In this document: in pieces, positions 9,743 to 18,794 of the stretch | Layout of the letters: each line of letters begins with the position of its first letter | How positions within the stretch are numbered: position 1 is the first letter of the stretch | NCBI GenBank assembly: GCA_031963205.1 | Contig: JASSUB010000007.1 | Span: forward strand, 808-64,807 | Direction: 5' to 3' | Length of the DNA: 64,000 bases | Source: Mycoavidus cysteinexigens | GTDB lineage: Bacteria; Pseudomonadota; Gammaproteobacteria; Burkholderiales; Burkholderiaceae | Made by a program: the position numbers and the translations under genes | Notes under the pieces: generated by a model | The model's input: the letters and a program-made list of their open reading frames with translations, nothing else | What the model was told of the DNA's origin: nothing | The model's database searches: none

Positions 9743-11416
9743 ATGCCTCACAATCCACGCTCACGGCATATCACGCAAGGTATCGAGCGCGCGCCAAACC
9801 GGTCGATGTATTACGCGCTTGGCTATCAAAAAGAAGATTTCGATAAACCGATGATTGGTGTAGCCAACGGCCATTCTACGATCACGCCTTGTAATGCCGG
9901 CTTGCAACCTCTAGCAGATGCGGCCGTTAAGGCGATTCAAGCGGCCAGCGCCAATGCGCAAATTTTTGGCACACCGACTATTTCCGATGGCATGTCGATG
10001 GGCACCGAAGGCATGAAATATTCGTTGGTCTCGCGCGAAGTGATTGCCGACTGTATTGAAACGGCGGTGCAAGGCCAATGGATGGATGGCGTGGTGGTGA
10101 TTGGCGGCTGTGATAAAAATATGCCAGGCGGGATGATTGCACTGGCGCGGATCAATGTTCCCGGGATTTATGTCTATGGCGGCACGATCAAGCCGGGCCA
10201 TTGGCATGGTCAAGATTTAACTATCGTTTCGTCGTTTGAAGCGGTGGGTGAATTTATGGCTGGCCGCATCAACCAAGAAGATTTTGAGGGGATTGAGCGT
10301 CATGCTTGTCCCAGCACCGGCTCATGTGGCGGGATGTTTACCGCCAATACCATGAGTTCATCCTTTGAGGCCTTAGGCATGTCACTGCTGTACTCCTCAA
10401 CCATGGCTAACCCAGATCGAGAAAAAGCAGAGTCCGCCGCGGCCTCGGCACGCGTCTTGGTTGAAGCCGTCAAACGCGATTTAAAGCCGCGCGACATTAT
10501 CACCAAAAAATCGATCGAAAATGCCGTCTCTGTGGTCATGGCAACGGGTGGCTCAAGCAACGCTGTCCTGCATTACTTGGCGATTGCCGATGCCGCCGAA
10601 ATTGACTGGAGCATAGATGATTTTGAGCGTATCCGTCAGCGCGTGCCGGTGATTTGTAATCTCAAACCGTCTGGCCAGTATGTGGCAACCGATTTGCATC
10701 AAGCCGGCGGCATTCCGCAAGTCATGAAGATTTTATTAAACGCGGGCTTATTGCATGGCGATTGCATCACCATTACCGGCGCGACACTCGCTGAAGAATT
10801 GGCCGCTGTACCGGATACGCCTCGCGCCGACCAAAAGGTGATCTTCCCGCTTGAACAAGCCTTATATCAGAAAGGTCATCTGGCGATCTTAAAAGGCAAT
10901 TTAGCGCCAGATGGCGCTGTCGCGAAAATCAGCGGCCTCAAAAATCCTGTGATCACGGGCCCGGCTCGGGTGTTTGATGACGAACAAAGCGCGTTGGCGG
11001 CAATCCTGGCCGACCGTATTCAAGCGGGCGATATCCTGGTGTTACGCTATCTTGGTCCGCAAGGAGGTCCCGGTATGCCGGAAATGCTCAGCCCCACTTC
11101 TGCCCTCATCGGCAAAGGCTTAGGTGAGTCAGTCGGCTTAATCACTGATGGCCGTTTTTCTGGGGCGACCTGGGGCCTGGTGGTTGGACATGTGGCGCCT
11201 GAAGCATTTGTGGGCGGTGTGATCGGCCTCGTCCAAGAAGGCGACTCAATTACCATCGATGCCCATCAGTTACTGTTGCAACTCAATCTTGATGAGGCTG
11301 AACTGCAGCGCCGGCGGGCTGAGTGGCAACCACCCGCACCGCGCTATACGCGCGGCGTACTGGCAAAATACGCGGCCCTCGCACTCCCCGCCAATCGAGG
11401 CGCTGCCACGGGCTAA
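9743..11416 (+). CDS. ilvD: Dihydroxy-acid dehydratase
   Basis: [41 protein letters not shown]. Confidence 0.96.
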   Translation: MPHNPRSRHITQGIERAPNRSMYYALGYQKEDFDKPMIGVANGHSTITPCNAGLQPLADAAVKAIQAASANAQIFGTPTISDGMSMGTEGMKYSLVSREVIADCIETAVQGQWMDGVVVIGGCDKNMPGGMIALARINVPGIYVYGGTIKPGHWHGQDLTIVSSFEAVGEFMAGRINQEDFEGIERHACPSTGSCGGMFTANTMSSSFEALGMSLLYSSTMANPDREKAESAAASARVLVEAVKRDLKPRDIITKKSIENAVSVVMATGGSSNAVLHYLAIADAAEIDWSIDDFERIRQRVPVICNLKPSGQYVATDLHQAGGIPQVMKILLNAGLLHGDCITITGATLAEELAAVPDTPRADQKVIFPLEQALYQKGHLAILKGNLAPDGAVAKISGLKNPVITGPARVFDDEQSALAAILADRIQAGDILVLRYLGPQGGPGMPEMLSPTSALIGKGLGESVGLITDGRFSGATWGLVVGHVAPEAFVGGVIGLVQEGDSITIDAHQLLLQLNLDEAELQRRRAEWQPPAPRYTRGVLAKYAALALPANRGAATG

Positions 11417-11433
11417 ATGTCAGCTGATGCCCC

Positions 11434-11850
11434 TTACTCTGCTCGCTTGTAATTGTTAGGCTGATAGCCGTGCTCACGATAAAAGCGATACCGTTGACGC
11501 GCAGCGGCGAGTTCTTCAGCGCCGCTGCCGACGACCTCAAGCACGCGCGTAAAATGCGCAAAATCAGGCGGCACAACGGTCCCAAGATTGAGCAGTAGCC
11601 GGCCATATAATGCTGGCTTCACCTCGCTTGCCAACACAATCGGGGTGGTTAGGCTGCGGCCATCATCCTCCATACAATGTGGGATGAACTCAAGCGCGGC
11701 GAAGGTCCACAAGCGCGTGTCAAAAGTACGCAAAAGCGCTGGCTCAGCAAGCACCAATAATTGCTGTCCGGCCGCATAGACTTTGCGCGCCAGCCGACAC
11801 GCATAGTCCAGTTGGTCGCCCACGTGCGTATGGAAATCAATTTGTATCAT
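11434..11850 (-). CDS. holC: DNA polymerase III chi subunit
   Basis: IDFHT...ACRLARK, DTRLWTF..FIPH, ARQRYRFYREHGY; immediately downstream of pepA. Confidence 0.92.
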   Translation of the reverse strand: MIQIDFHTHVGDQLDYACRLARKVYAAGQQLLVLAEPALLRTFDTRLWTFAALEFIPHCMEDDGRSLTTPIVLASEVKPALYGRLLLNLGTVVPPDFAHFTRVLEVVGSGAEELAAARQRYRFYREHGYQPNNYKRAE

Positions 11851-11863
11851 AGTGGCTAAACCA

Positions 11864-13387
11864 TTAGCGGCTTGCGCGCTCAATCAAAAACTGCGTCAAG
11901 AGCGGCACAGGTCGCCCAGTTGCGCCTTTAGCTGCGCCACTTTTCCAGGCCGTGCCAGCAATATCCAAGTGCGCCCAAGAGTACGCTTGCGTAAAGCGAG
12001 CTAAAAAGCAGGCAGCCGTCACACTACCGGCAGGACGCCCGCCAATGTTTGCCATATCGGCAAAATTTGATTTCAGTTGTTCTTGATATTCTTCATCAAG
12101 CGGCATGCGCCAGATCGGGTCGACAGAAGCGGCCGCGGCCGCCAACAATTCATTGGCGAGCGCATCTTCTTTGGCAAATAAGCCACTATGATGATGGCCC
12201 AGCGCAATCACGCAAGCCCCGGTTAAGGTCGCAATGTCGATCACCAGCGCCGGTTTAAAGCGTTCAACATAAGTCAGCGCATCACACAAAATCAGGCGCC
12301 CTTCAGCGTCCGTATTCAAGACTTCAATGGTCTGTCCTGACATACTGGTTACGATATCGCCGGGTTTATAGGCATTGCCTGCCGGCATGTTTTCGCAGCT
12401 CGGAATCACCACGATCAGATTTAACTTCAAAGCCATTTCGGCGACGGCACGCAACGTACCCAGGGCGGCGGCTGCACCACACATATCGTACTTCATTTCA
12501 TCCATGCCTTCGCCTGGTTTCAGCGAAATCCCACCCGCATCGAAAGTAATGCCTTTGCCCACCAGCACGATCGGCTTGGTTTTTGCGGCAGCGCCTTGAT
12601 AATGCAGCACAATCAATTTCGGCGGTTCAACTGAACCTTTGGCAACCGATAGGAAAGCGCCCATTTTCAGGGTTTCCAACTGTTTTTGCCCCAGCACCTC
12701 GGCTTTTAATGCGAACTCATGGGCGAGCTCTTTGGCCGTCTGCGCCAAGTAAGTGGGGGTGCAGATATTACCCGGCAAGTTGGCTAAATCACGCGCAAAA
12801 TCCATACCACTGGCAAGCGCAACACCTTGTTTAGCCGAAGCCTTTGCGCTTTTTTCATCGGCCGCGTTCACCGTGATGATGATTTTCTGGGGCCTAGGCT
12901 GACTTATTTCCGCTTGGCTTTTTAGCTGAGTAAATTGGTAGGCTATTTCACGCGTTAAGCAAATAGACAAACGTACCCCCCTAGCCACATCCACTTCGCT
13001 GTTACATTCTTGGACCAGCGTCCAAAGTAGGGTTTTTACTTGTGGCACAAACAGGGGGCTGGTCAAAAGTACGCGCGCAGCGGCCCGCACTGCTTGCGCA
13101 AAAATTTTGGCGTTAAAATTCTCACGTTGACCCAAGCCTACGACTAATACGCGGGCCGCGACACCAACTGTCTCGTGCAACATCCACGCCTTGCCGCACT
13201 GACCATTGATCTCTCCGGCCTTCACCAGCCGGCCAATTGAGCCCGCCATCGCTTGATCGATTTGTTGCGCTACACCGAGCAAAGGACTGCCCTCAAAGAG
13301 TCCAATTACAATACAGCTAGACTGCGCGCGCAGCATTTCAGTCTGCGCAACACTATTCCAGTTGCAGGCTTTTATGCTAAAGTCCAT
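11864..13387 (-). CDS. pepA: Leucyl aminopeptidase PepA
   Basis: [28 protein letters not shown]; pepA-holC divergent from lptF. Confidence 0.97.
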   Translation of the reverse strand: MDFSIKACNWNSVAQTEMLRAQSSCIVIGLFEGSPLLGVAQQIDQAMAGSIGRLVKAGEINGQCGKAWMLHETVGVAARVLVVGLGQRENFNAKIFAQAVRAAARVLLTSPLFVPQVKTLLWTLVQECNSEVDVARGVRLSICLTREIAYQFTQLKSQAEISQPRPQKIIITVNAADEKSAKASAKQGVALASGMDFARDLANLPGNICTPTYLAQTAKELAHEFALKAEVLGQKQLETLKMGAFLSVAKGSVEPPKLIVLHYQGAAAKTKPIVLVGKGITFDAGGISLKPGEGMDEMKYDMCGAAAALGTLRAVAEMALKLNLIVVIPSCENMPAGNAYKPGDIVTSMSGQTIEVLNTDAEGRLILCDALTYVERFKPALVIDIATLTGACVIALGHHHSGLFAKEDALANELLAAAAASVDPIWRMPLDEEYQEQLKSNFADMANIGGRPAGSVTAACFLARFTQAYSWAHLDIAGTAWKSGAAKGATGRPVPLLTQFLIERASR

Positions 13388-13483
13388 CGCGCTCCCCTTG
13401 GATAAATTTCGGTTTGGTTTGAATTAAACCGTAATTATCCGCTATTTTCCTTAGTCGCTGCCGGCAGAGCAACTGCAATAGAC

Positions 13484-14581
13484 ATGATTTTCGAACGTTC
13501 CCTACAACGCGAGCTTGCATATACGGCTCTTGCTGTATTTATGGTGCTACTAACGATTATGTTAGCCACCATGATGATTCGCATTGTCGGCTTTGCCGCT
13601 TCAGGCCAAGTCGATCCGCGCGACGTACTGTCGCTGATTGGTCTTACCGTGATTGGCTACCTCGCGGTCATACTGATTGTGACGCTGTTTGTCTCAATCT
13701 TGTTCGTACTTACCCGTTGGTACCGAGATTCGGAAATGGTTGTCTGGATGTCATCGGGGATTAGCCTGACGCATTTGGTCAAGCCGATTGCGGTTTTTTC
13801 CGCGCCGCTGATTGCCGCCATTGCGTTTTTCGCTTTTGTCGGCTGGCCCTGGTCAAACGAACAAAGCAAGCTCTTGCGCGAGCATTTTGCGCAGCGCGAC
13901 GAGGTATCATTACTCGCCCCAGGCCAGTTTCGGGAATCTCCGTCCAACCAACGCGTTTTTTTTATTGAAAGCATCTCGCCTGATGCCACCCATGTACGCA
14001 ATGTTTTTGTCAGCAGTACCGAAAATGGCAAAGTCAGTATTGTCGTTTCAAGCCAGGGACATATTCTGACCCAAGCCGACGGCGAACGCTTTGTTGTCCT
14101 TGAAAACGGCCGGCGCTACGATGGTCAACCTGGCCAGCCTGATTACCGCATTATGTCGTTTGAACGCTATGGCGTACGGATTGGCGAACAACGCTTTGTC
14201 AACAAGCCAACCTCGACCAGTACTTCAACCCCGCAACTCATCCGCCAACCCAGTTTAGTGAATCTAGCAGAACTCGCATGGCGCGCGGGGTTGCCTTTGA
14301 TTGCCATTAATTTGATGCTACTCGCGATTCCGTTGGCGTATCAAAATCCCCGCCGCAGCCGCACCATTAACCTCGTGATGGCGGTGTTAATTTACCTGAC
14401 CTATTCTAATTTGCTGAATTTAATGCAATCATGGATTGAACAAGGAAAGATCTCATTCAGCGTGGGTCTATGCATTTTGCACCTCATCGCCGCCGCCGTA
14501 GTCGTGCTGCTTTTTTGGTTACGCACACGCCACCGGCCATTGCTGAGCTATCTGCCCATGACTAGGTCTAAAGAGAAATAA
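13484..14581 (+). CDS. lptF: LPS export permease LptF
   Basis: MIFERSLQREL, RWYRDSEMVVW, GRRYDG; six-TM layout with a periplasmic domain. Confidence 0.94.
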   Translation: MIFERSLQRELAYTALAVFMVLLTIMLATMMIRIVGFAASGQVDPRDVLSLIGLTVIGYLAVILIVTLFVSILFVLTRWYRDSEMVVWMSSGISLTHLVKPIAVFSAPLIAAIAFFAFVGWPWSNEQSKLLREHFAQRDEVSLLAPGQFRESPSNQRVFFIESISPDATHVRNVFVSSTENGKVSIVVSSQGHILTQADGERFVVLENGRRYDGQPGQPDYRIMSFERYGVRIGEQRFVNKPTSTSTSTPQLIRQPSLVNLAELAWRAGLPLIAINLMLLAIPLAYQNPRRSRTINLVMAVLIYLTYSNLLNLMQSWIEQGKISFSVGLCILHLIAAAVVVLLFWLRTRHRPLLSYLPMTRSKEK

Positions 14582-14584
14582 ATC

Positions 14585-15778
14585 ATGTCTGCTCCGTCAA
14601 TGCCCACTGCTCTGTTGGTGTATGAAAGTTATTTCGCGCGCCAGATATATTTGGCGTTCGGCTTTGTGCTATTTGCGTTTTCTGGGCTCTTCTTCTTTTT
14701 TGATCTGATTAGCGAATTAAACTCGATTGGGCAGCACAATTACAAGTTTGGTTATGCTGTGATACGCGTAGCCTTACTCACCCCATCTCGCTTGTACGAG
14801 ATTATTCCCGTAGCGGCACTGATTAGCGCGATTTTTGTCTTTGCCACCATGGCCGCCAATTCGGAATTCACGATCTTTCGCATTTGCGGCCTCTCAACCC
14901 GGCGCGCACTCGGCTCCCTCATGAAAATCGGCCTGCCACTGGTCACCGCCACATTTTTATTTGGTGAAGTGATCAGCCCTTATGCAGACCAATTATCCGA
15001 GCGTGTACGGCTCGAGGCATTGGGCGCCTCCGTCTCATCGAATTTTAAGTCTGGAGTCTGGGTCAAAGATACGCTCAACAATGACGGTGAAGGTCGTCCA
15101 GTCATGCGCTTTGTGAATGTTGGCAAATTGATGCCAGATACCACGATTCGCGATGTACGGATTTATGAATTCGACCATCAATTCCAGTTAACCGATGTGC
15201 GCGTTGCCGAGCGTGGGCAGTTTATCGCGCCAGATCATTGGCAACTCACCGAGGTAACAGCAACTCACTTATTTAAAGCTGCAACGTTGCCGCCCCCAAG
15301 CACTGCTCCCAATGAAACAGTAGACCTGCTACAACCACTGTACCACGCTCAGCAAGCGGCTCTGCCGGAATATTTAATGCGCTCGCAGTTGACCCCACAA
15401 ATTCTGTCTGTGCTGCTGGTGTCCCCCGACCGGATGTCAATGCTGGATTTATTTTCATATATTCGCCACCTACAAGAAAATCACCAAGATACGCAGCGTT
15501 ATGAAATTGCCTTATGGCGCAAATTTTTCTACCCATTCACCGTCTGGGTCATGCTTGCGCTCTCCTTACCCTTTGCTTATTTGCATACCCGTGCTGGCGT
15601 GGTCGGCATTAAAGTATTTGGCGGCATCATGCTAGGCATGAGTTTTCAACTCATCAATACACTGTTCTCGCATATTGGCATCCTGAATACCTGGCCAGCG
15701 GCGCTGACCGCGGCCACGCCTAGCCTGATTTATATTGCGTTTGGCTTAATCGCATTACGTTGGGTTGACCGGCACTAA
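14585..15778 (+). CDS. lptG: LPS export permease LptG
   Basis: ANSEFTIFR, YEIALWRK, GGIMLG; follows lptF. Confidence 0.94.
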   Translation: MSAPSMPTALLVYESYFARQIYLAFGFVLFAFSGLFFFFDLISELNSIGQHNYKFGYAVIRVALLTPSRLYEIIPVAALISAIFVFATMAANSEFTIFRICGLSTRRALGSLMKIGLPLVTATFLFGEVISPYADQLSERVRLEALGASVSSNFKSGVWVKDTLNNDGEGRPVMRFVNVGKLMPDTTIRDVRIYEFDHQFQLTDVRVAERGQFIAPDHWQLTEVTATHLFKAATLPPPSTAPNETVDLLQPLYHAQQAALPEYLMRSQLTPQILSVLLVSPDRMSMLDLFSYIRHLQENHQDTQRYEIALWRKFFYPFTVWVMLALSLPFAYLHTRAGVVGIKVFGGIMLGMSFQLINTLFSHIGILNTWPAALTAATPSLIYIAFGLIALRWVDRH

Positions 15779-15852
15779 ACACCCCCCGTACTCTGTAACT
15801 TTGAGCGCTAAATGACACGAATTACTAGCGTTATGCGGCACCAATCACGAGG

Positions 15853-15978
15853 ATGGAACAAGCGGCGTCTACCACATCGTCGGTGACAAATCTCACAGAA
15901 CTGTTTTCAATCTCCAGGACGACTGTCTACCAGACCTTCAACCAACAGGCGGGCGAAGCTTTAGAGAAGGTGACATGA
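15853..15978 (+). pseudogene. Relic C-terminal HTH of a serine resolvase/invertase
   Basis: Hand translation MEQAASTTSSVTNLTELFSISRTTVYQTF... resembles the resolvase recognition helix 'ISDLAELFSVSRPTVYRT'; no catalytic domain upstream. Confidence 0.45.
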
Positions 15979-16140
15979 GTATTTGGGGAATTCCTCTGCT
16001 GTTTTCTTTCTGGACGTTCTACACATCACGCGGCGTGACCCAGGGTGTCAAATAGCGCTGATAATTCGTGCCATTTAGCGATCGTTACACCATACGCAAA
16101 AAAGCTCAACTTTAAAGAGCGCCTCAGAGCACTCGCCATT

Positions 16141-16178
16141 TATGCCAAAATTGCGTACACTATATCCATAATGGCATA
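16141..16178 (+). promoter_or_regulatory. Candidate TA promoter/operator inverted repeat
   Basis: TATGCCA (16141-16147) and TGGCATA (16172-16178) bracket TACACT and CATAAT -10-like hexamers; AAGGAG RBS before ATG 16192. Confidence 0.5.
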
Positions 16179-16191
16179 GAAGGAGTGCATC

Positions 16192-16635
16192 ATGAAACCT
16201 GTGGCAGCGAATATTTCGACTGGGACTTTACTAGGCGGCGTCGCGGTGCTGAGCCAATTGCCTGGTTCAGCGCTAGAATGGGTGCAGATAATTCGGCGGG
16301 GGATTTCATCCGGTGCGGTCGATTCAATGCTGAAATCCATCGGTCTGTCACAAGCAGAACTTGCCTCCGCCCTGGCTATTCCAGAGCGTACCCTGGCTCG
16401 ACGCAAACGAGAAGGCATCCTGAGCAGCGAAGAGTCAGCCAAACTCCTGAGACTCGCGCGCATCGTCGTGCGCGCCACCCAGGTTTTTGAAGATCTAAAG
16501 ATTGCGACCCATTGGCTCAAATCTCCGGCCCCCGCTTTGGGCGGTATGACTCCGCTGAGTCTGGTCGACACCGATATCGGTGCTGACAGTGTATTAGACA
16601 CCTTAGGCCGGATTGAGCAAGGGGTATTTTTCTAA
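16192..16635 (+). CDS. Xre/MbcA/ParS-family antitoxin (DUF2384)
   Basis: HTH segment LAIPERTLARRK, LSSEESAKLLRLARI, C-terminal WLKSPAPALGGMTPLSL...LGRIEQGVF. Confidence 0.92.
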   Translation: MKPVAANISTGTLLGGVAVLSQLPGSALEWVQIIRRGISSGAVDSMLKSIGLSQAELASALAIPERTLARRKREGILSSEESAKLLRLARIVVRATQVFEDLKIATHWLKSPAPALGGMTPLSLVDTDIGADSVLDTLGRIEQGVFF

Positions 16636-16658
16636 CCGCCTATGGCCATTATCTAGAT

Positions 16659-17600
16659 ATGAACCTTCATCAGCTTCGCTTTGTGCGCGAAGCAGTTCGG
16701 CAGAATTATAATTTAACCGAAGCGGCTAAGGCGCTGGCGACATCGCAACCCGGCGTGTCAAAAGCAATCATCGAACTTGAAGATGAGTTGGGGGTCGATA
16801 TCTTCAGGCGGCACGGCAAGCGAGTACGCTCACTCACCGAGCCTGGGCGCGCCATTTTAATTTCGGTCGAAACCATCCTACAAGAAATCGATAATATTAA
16901 ACGTATCGGCAAAGAATATACTGAGCAAGACCAAGGCAAGCTCGTGATTGCAGCGGTGCAAGCACACCTCCGCTACACGCTGCCCCCGATTGTTACAGAA
17001 TTCAAGAAAAAATTTCCCAGAGTTCTTTTGTCCATTTTGCCAGGCACTCCCAGTCAAGTGGCAGAGATGGTAGAGAGTGAACAAGCCGATCTTGGACTGA
17101 TCGCTGAAGCCGTGACCGGCCACCAAGAACTCAATTTATTGCCCTCTTTGCCATGGCATTATGTCGCGCTCATGCCTAGCCATCATCCGCTGACGGCGCA
17201 TGAGCGCTTAACGCTCGCAGAACTGGCCAACTATCCGTTAATCATCTACGACACGGCCGGCGCGGGTCACGCTAAGCTTATGCAGACATTTGCCTTACAG
17301 TCATTAACGCCAGAAATTTTGCTCAGAGCCATCGACGCAGACACCATTAAAACCTACGTCGAACTGGGTTTAGGCGTAGGCATCATGCCCAATATAACCT
17401 TGGACACTCCGCCCAGCGGTAGCTTGCGCGCACTCCCCTTAGAGCATGTATTTGGCACCCATCTGACGCAGATCGTTCTCAAACAAGGCACGTATCTACG
17501 CCGCTATATGAATGCTTTGATTGAGCTGCTGTCCCCTAGTTTGAACCGCAAAGAAATTGAGCAAACGCTGCATGAGGGGTATGCCATTGACTCACCTTGA
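16659..17600 (+). CDS. cysB: CysB-family LysR regulator with divergent effector domain
   Basis: MNLHQLRFVREAVRQNYNLTEAAKALATSQPGVSKAIIELEDELGVDIF is typical of Burkholderia CysB; DADVIKTYV-like DADTIKTYVELGLGVGI; position downstream of lptG. Confidence 0.85.
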   Translation: MNLHQLRFVREAVRQNYNLTEAAKALATSQPGVSKAIIELEDELGVDIFRRHGKRVRSLTEPGRAILISVETILQEIDNIKRIGKEYTEQDQGKLVIAAVQAHLRYTLPPIVTEFKKKFPRVLLSILPGTPSQVAEMVESEQADLGLIAEAVTGHQELNLLPSLPWHYVALMPSHHPLTAHERLTLAELANYPLIIYDTAGAGHAKLMQTFALQSLTPEILLRAIDADTIKTYVELGLGVGIMPNITLDTPPSGSLRALPLEHVFGTHLTQIVLKQGTYLRRYMNALIELLSPSLNRKEIEQTLHEGYAIDSP

Positions 17601-17640
17601 GTCGGTCTGCACCTCACCCTGGGCATGGAGGGCTTAATTT

Positions 17641-18105
17641 ATGCCCACAGTTTGGCGGATTGTGACTGAACCACACACCGCTACGGCTTTTTCCGGTGAA
17701 GGCGCGCGTTTATACGGCGGACGCTGGAATCCCAAAGGCCTGGCCGTGATTTACACCGCGCAGAGTCAGTCACTCGCGGCGCTAGAAATGCTGGCTCAAG
17801 ATATACCGCTACGCGCTCGCTATGTGATCATTCCAGCCAAAGTCCCCAAACAGCTCATTGAACACTACAATTTACAACAGCTCCCCCCTAACTGGCGAGA
17901 CCCCGCTGTGCGCAGTACGCTGCAAATGATTGGCGCCACCTGGGTTAAAATAGGACGCAGTGCAGTACTTGCCGTTCCCAGTGTGATTATCCCAACCGAA
18001 TTGAATTACGTACTCAACCCACACCATCCTGATTTTGTTAAGATCGAGTTTGGTCAAGCGGCCCCATTTACACTCGATACGCGACTTTTACGCCACCTTG
18101 GGTAA
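17641..18105 (+). CDS. RES-domain toxin (ParT/MbcT family)
   Basis: FSGEGARLYGGRWNPKG (R), SLAALE (E), LAVPSVIIPTELNYVLNP (S): all three RES residues are present. Confidence 0.92.
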   Translation: MPTVWRIVTEPHTATAFSGEGARLYGGRWNPKGLAVIYTAQSQSLAALEMLAQDIPLRARYVIIPAKVPKQLIEHYNLQQLPPNWRDPAVRSTLQMIGATWVKIGRSAVLAVPSVIIPTELNYVLNPHHPDFVKIEFGQAAPFTLDTRLLRHLG

Positions 18106-18126
18106 TCAAAACGATATCGTTTGATT
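18104..18126. terminator. Hairpin between convergent RES and DUF4400 genes
   Basis: Near-palindrome AATCAAAACGAT/ATCGTTTGATT; AT-rich, so a weak stem. Confidence 0.35.
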
Positions 18127-18128
18127 GC

Positions 18129-18794
18129 TTAACAATATTTCTTATAATACTTAGCCATGGTCCATACCAGCAAGGCGCAAAAGCTCACGACAGGTAAAAA
18201 CAAAATCTCAAACGGGAGTTTGACTGGCGCCACCAACCACCCAATTGCCGCCAGTGGCAACAAGCCAAATTTTAGCCAACGCTTCGCCCGATGATAACGA
18301 GTGGCTGACTCATGGCCGCCGTTTTCTCGGCGAATCACTCGCGCGACCAAGCCATCGATCAGAGCCACGCCGATAATCAGGCCAAACTTAGGCGCCACCA
18401 GGATCAGCAACGCAAGCCGTACACCGAATAACTGCAGAGCATACATGGCAATCAAAATAGGCTCGCGCAAATTGCTCAAGGATAAATTTCGATACTCTGC
18501 CACCGGCGACTGTATCGCAAGTTCAATCCTATTCCAGCCAAACCAACACCAATAAGCCCAGCCAGCAGCGTGTTGAGCTAACTCTAAATTGGTACACTGC
18601 GCTAAATAATAGTGCAGCAAAGCCTGCATCGCCGCAATCGAGTCCGCGCGCCAACTGTAGTACCCTGCAAGCCAACAAGCCAACACCGCGAGCACTGAAA
18701 TAACGACGATCCACAGCAGCAGATTAAGGGTTGCTCGCAGCACCCAAAAAAACTCTCGTAGGCTCTCGTCATCCGCTTGAGATTTAGAGCGCAT
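18129..18794 (-). CDS. ICE membrane protein, DUF4400/PFL_4697-like
   Basis: N-terminal TM, LFGVRLALLIL, ALIDGLVARVIRRENGGHESATRYHRAK (cf. DGLVRRDLRRFGAGRES); sits downstream of traD as in PFGI-1 ICEs. Confidence 0.85.
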   Translation of the reverse strand: MRSKSQADDESLREFFWVLRATLNLLLWIVVISVLAVLACWLAGYYSWRADSIAAMQALLHYYLAQCTNLELAQHAAGWAYWCWFGWNRIELAIQSPVAEYRNLSLSNLREPILIAMYALQLFGVRLALLILVAPKFGLIIGVALIDGLVARVIRRENGGHESATRYHRAKRWLKFGLLPLAAIGWLVAPVKLPFEILFLPVVSFCALLVWTMAKYYKKYC

